From: an uncultured virus (IMG/VR IMGVR_UViG_3300026511_000002)
Lineage: Duplodnaviria; Heunggongvirae; Uroviricota; Caudoviricetes
IMG/VR virus record: IMGVR_UViG_3300026511_000002
Direction: 5' to 3' (one strand)
DNA length: 64,000 nt
In this document: in pieces, positions 59,670-64,000 of the stretch
Position numbering within the stretch: position 1 is the first letter of the stretch
How the letters are laid out: every line of letters begins with the position of its first letter
Translations under genes and position numbers: made by a program
Notes under the pieces: model-generated
Database searches by the model: none
Seen by the model: only the letters and a program-made list of their open reading frames with translations
What the model was told of the DNA's origin: nothing

Positions 59670-59751
59670 TCCTTTCTTGTAATCATAAAAATAAAACAAA
59701 CAAGATTTTAAAGATATATAATAAAAACAATTAAAATAAAAAACAATTAAA

Positions 59752-60945
59752 ATGGCAAAAATATTTTACGTAGTAGAAAAAGCAGGTGATTACACTCAGT
59801 GTAATTTCTTTAAAACAGAAAAAGAAGCGTTAGCTTATGGTATTTCAGAATTTCCAGATTTCGACATGTTCGATGAACCAAGGGAAGATCTAGAAGATGA
59901 CGCATGGTTCCATGGAGATAAACTAGAATTTAAAAAAGGAATCTTATTTTCTTTTGAAGAAGGTAGTGCTTATGTAGAGGCATACGACGAAGATGAAGCT
60001 AGAGAATATTGTTCTGATGACATTATGAGCGATGGAGCAGCTATCTTCTTTGACGGCTTTACAAAAGGCATGTATGGTTACTTAGGTAACGGTGCAGACG
60101 GTAAAGGCAGGAAATGGGACTGGGACGGAGGTCGTTTTAACGAATCTAAAATTACAAAAACAACTTTGAAACATGTAAAATTATTCGAAGCATTTGTAGC
60201 TTCACAGAAGCTAAACGAAGGCTGGAACGGCCCAATAATAGACGGATTTGAAGAACTTCTCAATACAGGTATCGGAGTTGAAAAAGCTTATGACCAAATG
60301 AAGAAATCCGGAGTTCTTAAAGGATTAGAAACTGAGTTTAATGGCTATTTACTTAGAATCAAAACCGGTTTCAAAGGCTATGAATATACGTCTATTAATA
60401 TATGGGATAAAGAAAACGTGAAGAAAGCAGAAGAAACTCATCAAAAGGAGCATGGTTTTCCATTAGATACGGAGAAAAGCTCCACGATATTAAATAGTTA
60501 TGAAGATGGAAAAGGGGGATGGTCAATTTACGGAGGCCAGTGGAGCAAACCTAATAAAAATAAAGCTAAAAAATATAAGGTTAGTGATTTTACGCCTTTA
60601 TCAGATAGTGGAGACGACGGCCTAGGTGGTGATGAAGCAGACTCTAAATGGGAGCCAGTGTTAGACGCATTCGGTGTGTCATATCTAGACGATCTAGTTT
60701 GGTTAGGTGAATACTTCCCTGAAACAGTAGAGGAAAAAGGTAGATTGGTTAAATCTTTTTCACTAGGCGGTTTTGGTGATGAAGACCCACATGGTGATGC
60801 CGACGTTTCGATATATAAGTGGAAGGGTATGTTATTGGGATGGCATGACGATGACTATAGATATTCTGCTACATTATGTAGAGCCAAAGATGTTGTAAAA
60901 TTAGCTAGTCTTCTAGAAGATGATGAAAGTCTTGACATATACTAA
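59752..60945 (+). CDS. Two/three-module acidic protein with internal targeting motif
   Basis: Internal LKHVKLFEAFVASQKLNE at 60166-60219. Confidence 0.65.
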   Translation: MAKIFYVVEKAGDYTQCNFFKTEKEALAYGISEFPDFDMFDEPREDLEDDAWFHGDKLEFKKGILFSFEEGSAYVEAYDEDEAREYCSDDIMSDGAAIFFDGFTKGMYGYLGNGADGKGRKWDWDGGRFNESKITKTTLKHVKLFEAFVASQKLNEGWNGPIIDGFEELLNTGIGVEKAYDQMKKSGVLKGLETEFNGYLLRIKTGFKGYEYTSINIWDKENVKKAEETHQKEHGFPLDTEKSSTILNSYEDGKGGWSIYGGQWSKPNKNKAKKYKVSDFTPLSDSGDDGLGGDEADSKWEPVLDAFGVSYLDDLVWLGEYFPETVEEKGRLVKSFSLGGFGDEDPHGDADVSIYKWKGMLLGWHDDDYRYSATLCRAKDVVKLASLLEDDESLDIY

Positions 60946-60967
60946 TCTATAAAATCAAAAACTAACT

Positions 60968-61396
60968 ATGAAGCACTTAAAATTATTTGAACAATTTCTT
61001 AACGAAGCAAGATTAAAAGAAGGCAGAGACGAAGCATTAGCTAACGCTATTCTTGCATACTTTTATGCAGTTGAAGGAACACCAGAAGGTGACGCTGTAC
61101 AGGCATTACCGGGAAATCCAATTAGATCTAACGGATCAGTACATGAGCAAGATGGTTTATCTGCATGGGGAAAAGACGTTGTAAAAAGTTTATCAGGCGC
61201 TAGAAGATGCCCTTCTGACTTTATGATGGGTAACGTTATAACAATAGCAGCCAATAATGGTAACTCATATTACTTTGATGGTTCTGATTTTGTAGAAGGA
61301 GATAAAACTATTATTAGTAGAATTGATAAAATAAAAAAGAGAGAATTTATCGATGAGCTTATTAAGTTAAAGATCATTGAAACTCCAAAATATTAA
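60968..61396 (+). CDS. Putative internal head protein
   Basis: Starts MKHLKLFEQFLNEARLKE. Confidence 0.65.
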   Translation: MKHLKLFEQFLNEARLKEGRDEALANAILAYFYAVEGTPEGDAVQALPGNPIRSNGSVHEQDGLSAWGKDVVKSLSGARRCPSDFMMGNVITIAANNGNSYYFDGSDFVEGDKTIISRIDKIKKREFIDELIKLKIIETPKY

Positions 61397-61398
61397 TC

Positions 61399-61773
61399 AT
61401 GCCTAGTACTTCAGTTGCACAACAAAAATTAATGGGAATGGCTTACGCTTTAAAAAAAGGTGAACTAGATCCTAAAGATGCTAGCGCCGAAGTACAAGAA
61501 TTAGCAGATTCAATGACGCTTAAACAACTTAAAGATTTTGCAAGTACAAAGCACGATGGACTTCCACAATATGTAGAAGAAAACATTGGAATAGCTAATG
61601 TTTCTGGAATGGGACCAATCGTATTACCTGGAAATGGAACTTTAGGTTCAGGTGATGTACCTGCAGGGCAAGGTGATGCAGAAGAAGAATATAAGAAAAA
61701 GAAAAAGAGAAAGATGAAATATTTAAAAACATTTGAAGCATTTTCTTTTGACATAGTTAAGAAACGTAAATAA
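61399..61773 (+). CDS. DUF3008-like protein with C-terminal MKYLKTFEAF motif
   Basis: MPSTSVAQQKLMGMAYALKKGE...SMTLKQLKDFASTKHDGLP. Confidence 0.65.
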   Translation: MPSTSVAQQKLMGMAYALKKGELDPKDASAEVQELADSMTLKQLKDFASTKHDGLPQYVEENIGIANVSGMGPIVLPGNGTLGSGDVPAGQGDAEEEYKKKKKRKMKYLKTFEAFSFDIVKKRK

Positions 61774-61798
61774 TTGTTCGTAACTTATTAAAATAATT

Positions 61799-61829
61799 AG
61801 CCAAACATTTTTTTGTTTGGCTTTTTTTT
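61799..61829 (+). terminator. Intrinsic terminator closing the internal-protein island
   Basis: AGCCAAACA-T6-TGTTTGGCT followed by a T run. Confidence 0.8.
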
Positions 61830-61882
61830 GGTATATTAGTAGTATACTAATCGAGGTTAATACCTCATAAAACAATTAAAAC

Positions 61883-62101
61883 ATGAGTAATCCACACCAT
61901 GAACACCAGTTATTTCTTAACAAAACGAGACATGGATCAGTAAGAGCATCCAGATATCCTAATGGCTACACGCCAAAGATCGAATATTATCAAGCCCAAT
62001 TGTCAATTGCAGTTGATAGTCTTGATGTAGAACAAATAAAATATTTCACTACCAAGTTAGAATGGTTTATAAAACGACAAGCCGAAAATAAACTATATTA
62101 A
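61883..62101 (+). CDS. Hypothetical protein
   Basis: Isolated ORF with A-rich leader. Confidence 0.6.
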   Translation: MSNPHHEHQLFLNKTRHGSVRASRYPNGYTPKIEYYQAQLSIAVDSLDVEQIKYFTTKLEWFIKRQAENKLY

Positions 62102-62220
62102 TACAAGTTCACCAGTGATCTGTAACACAGCAATGAATCTGATCACAGTAATATATGATTAAGTAATCATCAATCATGGGTGTATCTCTATGTTGCACCA
62201 GAATTAAACCGAATATATAA

Positions 62221-62249
62221 TTAAACAAATTTAAGTTTGTGTGTATAAC
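62221..62249 (+). promoter_or_regulatory. Putative promoter TTAAAC-N17-TATAAC
   Basis: Recurring motif upstream of 62265. Confidence 0.6.
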
Positions 62250-62264
62250 TATTAAACGTTTTAT

Positions 62265-62573
62265 ATGTCTAAAAAGAAAACAAATATCCTATCTGAAGCT
62301 AACGAAATAGTAAACAATCGCTCAGAAGAAAAATCACGTCAATATGGACCATTCGAAGAAGGTATGCGAAGAGCAGCTATGATTTTCAATGGCATGACAG
62401 GTAAAGAACTAAACGGCTCAGATATGTATGCTGCACTCGTGGCACTTAAACTAAGTCGACACTCTTATAACTATAAACAAGACAATCTATTAGATGCAGT
62501 TGCATATTTAGGTGCACTAGATAACTATGTTGAAAAGCACGGTTATAAAGACAATGAAGATCCAATAAAATAA
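62265..62573 (+). CDS. DUF6378-like small helical protein (possible nucleotide pyrophosphatase-related)
   Basis: ILSEANEIVN.R...QYG.F...ALKLSR....KQDNLLDAVAY pattern. Confidence 0.6.
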   Translation: MSKKKTNILSEANEIVNNRSEEKSRQYGPFEEGMRRAAMIFNGMTGKELNGSDMYAALVALKLSRHSYNYKQDNLLDAVAYLGALDNYVEKHGYKDNEDPIK

Positions 62574-62576
62574 ATT

Positions 62577-63638
62577 ATGACAGAACTAACATTTTTTACA
62601 GAAAAGGAAACCGACAAATCGATTAGGGTAGGTATATGTGCACTAGTTGGTAAGATTAGCCCTAAAATCTCATCACATAAAGGCGCATGGGCTCATATGC
62701 TATGTAATCAATTACAAAATGCAGGGTATTCTAATGCCGAAGTAATCACATCTAATCAAACCGATTGGAACGACTATGATGCAATTCTCATTGATCACGG
62801 TATGGAATTTAAAGGCACGTTTAATATTTTTGGAGGCTCTAACGATGATTTATATCATCAACTCATGAGGTTATTTTCCCCCGTTAAAAAATATTCCCTA
62901 CACCATGATATGCCAGATATTGGTAATCTGATTCAAACTAGGCTTAAAGCAGGAACTGATTTATTTAAAACACTTGAAACTAGAATTGAAGAAGCAACAG
63001 AATTGTGTACGAATATACAAAGAGTAGATCATGTAGATAAAACAGAAAAACTATGTTTTGGCGATAGTCACTCTTTTGGAATGTATCAAGCTGGTTATAT
63101 GTGTCAGCGACATGATGGACTAACAATGCACGGTGCACTAAAAAGAGGTTTACAAAGTTATGTATATCCTTGGATTAAAAGCTTAACAGTTTATATGGGT
63201 AATATTGATGTGAGACATCATTTGATGAGACAATCTAATCCATCTGATTCTGTAAAAACATTACTAAAAAGATATGAAGAAGAACTTATAGGTTTAGGTA
63301 TTAGTGATATTGAAATAGTAAATGTGTTACCTATTGAAAACGAAAGTAGACCATTACCAAAAACAGGCTATTATAAAGGAACGCCATTTGCTGGAACATG
63401 GTCAGAACGCAATGCTCTTGTGAATCAAATCAATTTAGGTATTGATGATATGGCTAAAAGAAATAACTGGAAAGTTTATAAACACCCGGAAGTTTATTTT
63501 AATGCAAAAGAAGAATTAACATTCGATGTTATGGAAAAGCCTAAATCTGTTCATATTTCTAGAGAGTATTACAGATGGAATATGGAAACAAATCAACCAA
63601 ATAAAAATTTAATTAAACAAACACTATCCTTATTTTAA
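62577..63638 (+). CDS. Hypothetical enzyme with SGNH-like C-terminal domain
   Basis: CFGDSH, YMGNIDVRHHL and SVHIS motifs. Confidence 0.5.
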   Translation: MTELTFFTEKETDKSIRVGICALVGKISPKISSHKGAWAHMLCNQLQNAGYSNAEVITSNQTDWNDYDAILIDHGMEFKGTFNIFGGSNDDLYHQLMRLFSPVKKYSLHHDMPDIGNLIQTRLKAGTDLFKTLETRIEEATELCTNIQRVDHVDKTEKLCFGDSHSFGMYQAGYMCQRHDGLTMHGALKRGLQSYVYPWIKSLTVYMGNIDVRHHLMRQSNPSDSVKTLLKRYEEELIGLGISDIEIVNVLPIENESRPLPKTGYYKGTPFAGTWSERNALVNQINLGIDDMAKRNNWKVYKHPEVYFNAKEELTFDVMEKPKSVHISREYYRWNMETNQPNKNLIKQTLSLF

Positions 63639-63641
63639 TAT

Positions 63642-63797
63642 ATGAAAAAATATAAAATTAAAATCACACCATATCACGCAGCAGATGCATCGTACGTTTT
63701 AGAATTAGAAACAGAAAATCTTGAGTGGTCCATGGAACAATACCAAAGAAATAGAGATCCTCTTAAATGGGAAATATTAGAAGAAAATGCAGATTAA
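63642..63797 (+). CDS. Small hypothetical protein (51 aa), absent from the ORF track
   Basis: MKKYKIKITPYHAADASYVLELETENLEWSMEQYQRNRDPLKWEILEENAD*, fills the operon gap. Confidence 0.6.
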   Translation: MKKYKIKITPYHAADASYVLELETENLEWSMEQYQRNRDPLKWEILEENAD

Positions 63798-64000
63798 AAC
63801 CACAAAATATTATGATGAATTCATCAGATATTATAACTTAGCTTTAAAGCAACAAGAACTTTCTAATTTAGGAATGGTTCCTCATGTTGAAAGCGGCATG
63901 AATGACCCATTAATGGAACACATTGAATTATATGATGTTGTAGAAAGAAAATATGCAGGTTTTAGTCAAATCGTAAATGATTGCTTTTATGGATGGACAG
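63787..64000 (+). CDS. 3'-truncated ORF, possibly a DNA base-modification enzyme
   Basis: MQIKTTKYYDEFIRYY...DPLMEHIELYDVVERKYAGFSQ; open to the window end. Function is a weak resemblance only. Confidence 0.45.
   Translation, partial: MQIKTTKYYDEFIRYYNLALKQQELSNLGMVPHVESGMNDPLMEHIELYDVVERKYAGFSQIVNDCFYGWT

Larger units (their letters stand above)
2804..59721 (+). promoter_or_regulatory. Recurrent late-promoter-like motif GATA(T/A)ATA(A), dispersed
   Basis: Copies at 2804, 6360, 11056, 15024, 16365, 18564, 30096, 38156, 39573, 44405, 45546, 49997, 52345, 58580 and 59713, each within about 75 bp upstream of a start codon. Confidence 0.65.

Noticed and set aside
3141..61754. Numerous minus-strand and alternate-frame ORFs in the track (e.g. 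3141-3485, 7714-8130, 24185-24583, 39152-39484, 58388-58837, 61443-61754)
   Set aside because: They lie fully within well-supported + strand genes, have shadow-like or repeat-derived composition and show no motifs.
61810..61852. Host-type Bacteroidota promoter (TTTG...TATATTAG) upstream of 61883
   Set aside because: Mismatch to TAnnTTTG, spacing is short, and it is a single instance overlapping a terminator; too weak to call.
62135..62150. Hammerhead ribozyme core (CTGATCA)
   Set aside because: Does not match CUGANGA, and no suitably placed GAAA is present.
1..64000. tRNA/rRNA genes, integrase, transposase, major capsid, portal, terminase, tail sheath
   Set aside because: No recognisable signatures were seen; intergenic gaps are short and lack tRNA T-loop/cloverleaf patterns.

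Overview
AT-rich (roughly 30% GC by eye), densely coding window with essentially every credible gene on the + strand. It reads as part of a large T4-like (myovirus, jumbo-type) phage genome. A Bacteroidota/Flavobacteriia host is inferred from the SD-less A-rich leaders and the BACON and lipoprotein features. Order of modules: (1) 1-6334: an acidic head-type protein, dCMP deaminase, DinG-like helicase, a lipoprotein and small hypotheticals. (2) 6389-44399: a baseplate/neck/tail-fibre cluster (gp53-, gp5-, gp13-, gp25-, gp6-like genes, a 2691-aa Ig-domain protein, a collagen-like protein, a BACON-Hint protein), interrupted by a ribosomal protein S1 homologue and an amidoligase. (3) 44786-50005: replication/recombination genes (RuvC-like, gp32 SSB, primase, UvsY, UvsW). 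(4) 50039-61773: an island of proteins that share a T4 internal-protein-like capsid-targeting motif (MKHxKLFExFxNE) and xxE|A/S/G prohead-protease-like sites. It includes an apparent modular polyprotein whose cassettes are separated by a repeated 18-21 bp ESVVTE(A) linker, and two ligase-fold/nucleotidyltransferase genes. (5) 61883-64000: the start of a possible DNA-modification cluster. Two recurrent promoter-like motifs are visible: GATA(T/A)ATA(A) and T(T/G)AAAC-N17-TATAA. The most novel candidate is the packaged, protease-processed, recombinationally shuffled 'cargo' system (region 4 plus ORF 44417-44785). All family assignments come from motif recognition by eye; no database searches were run.
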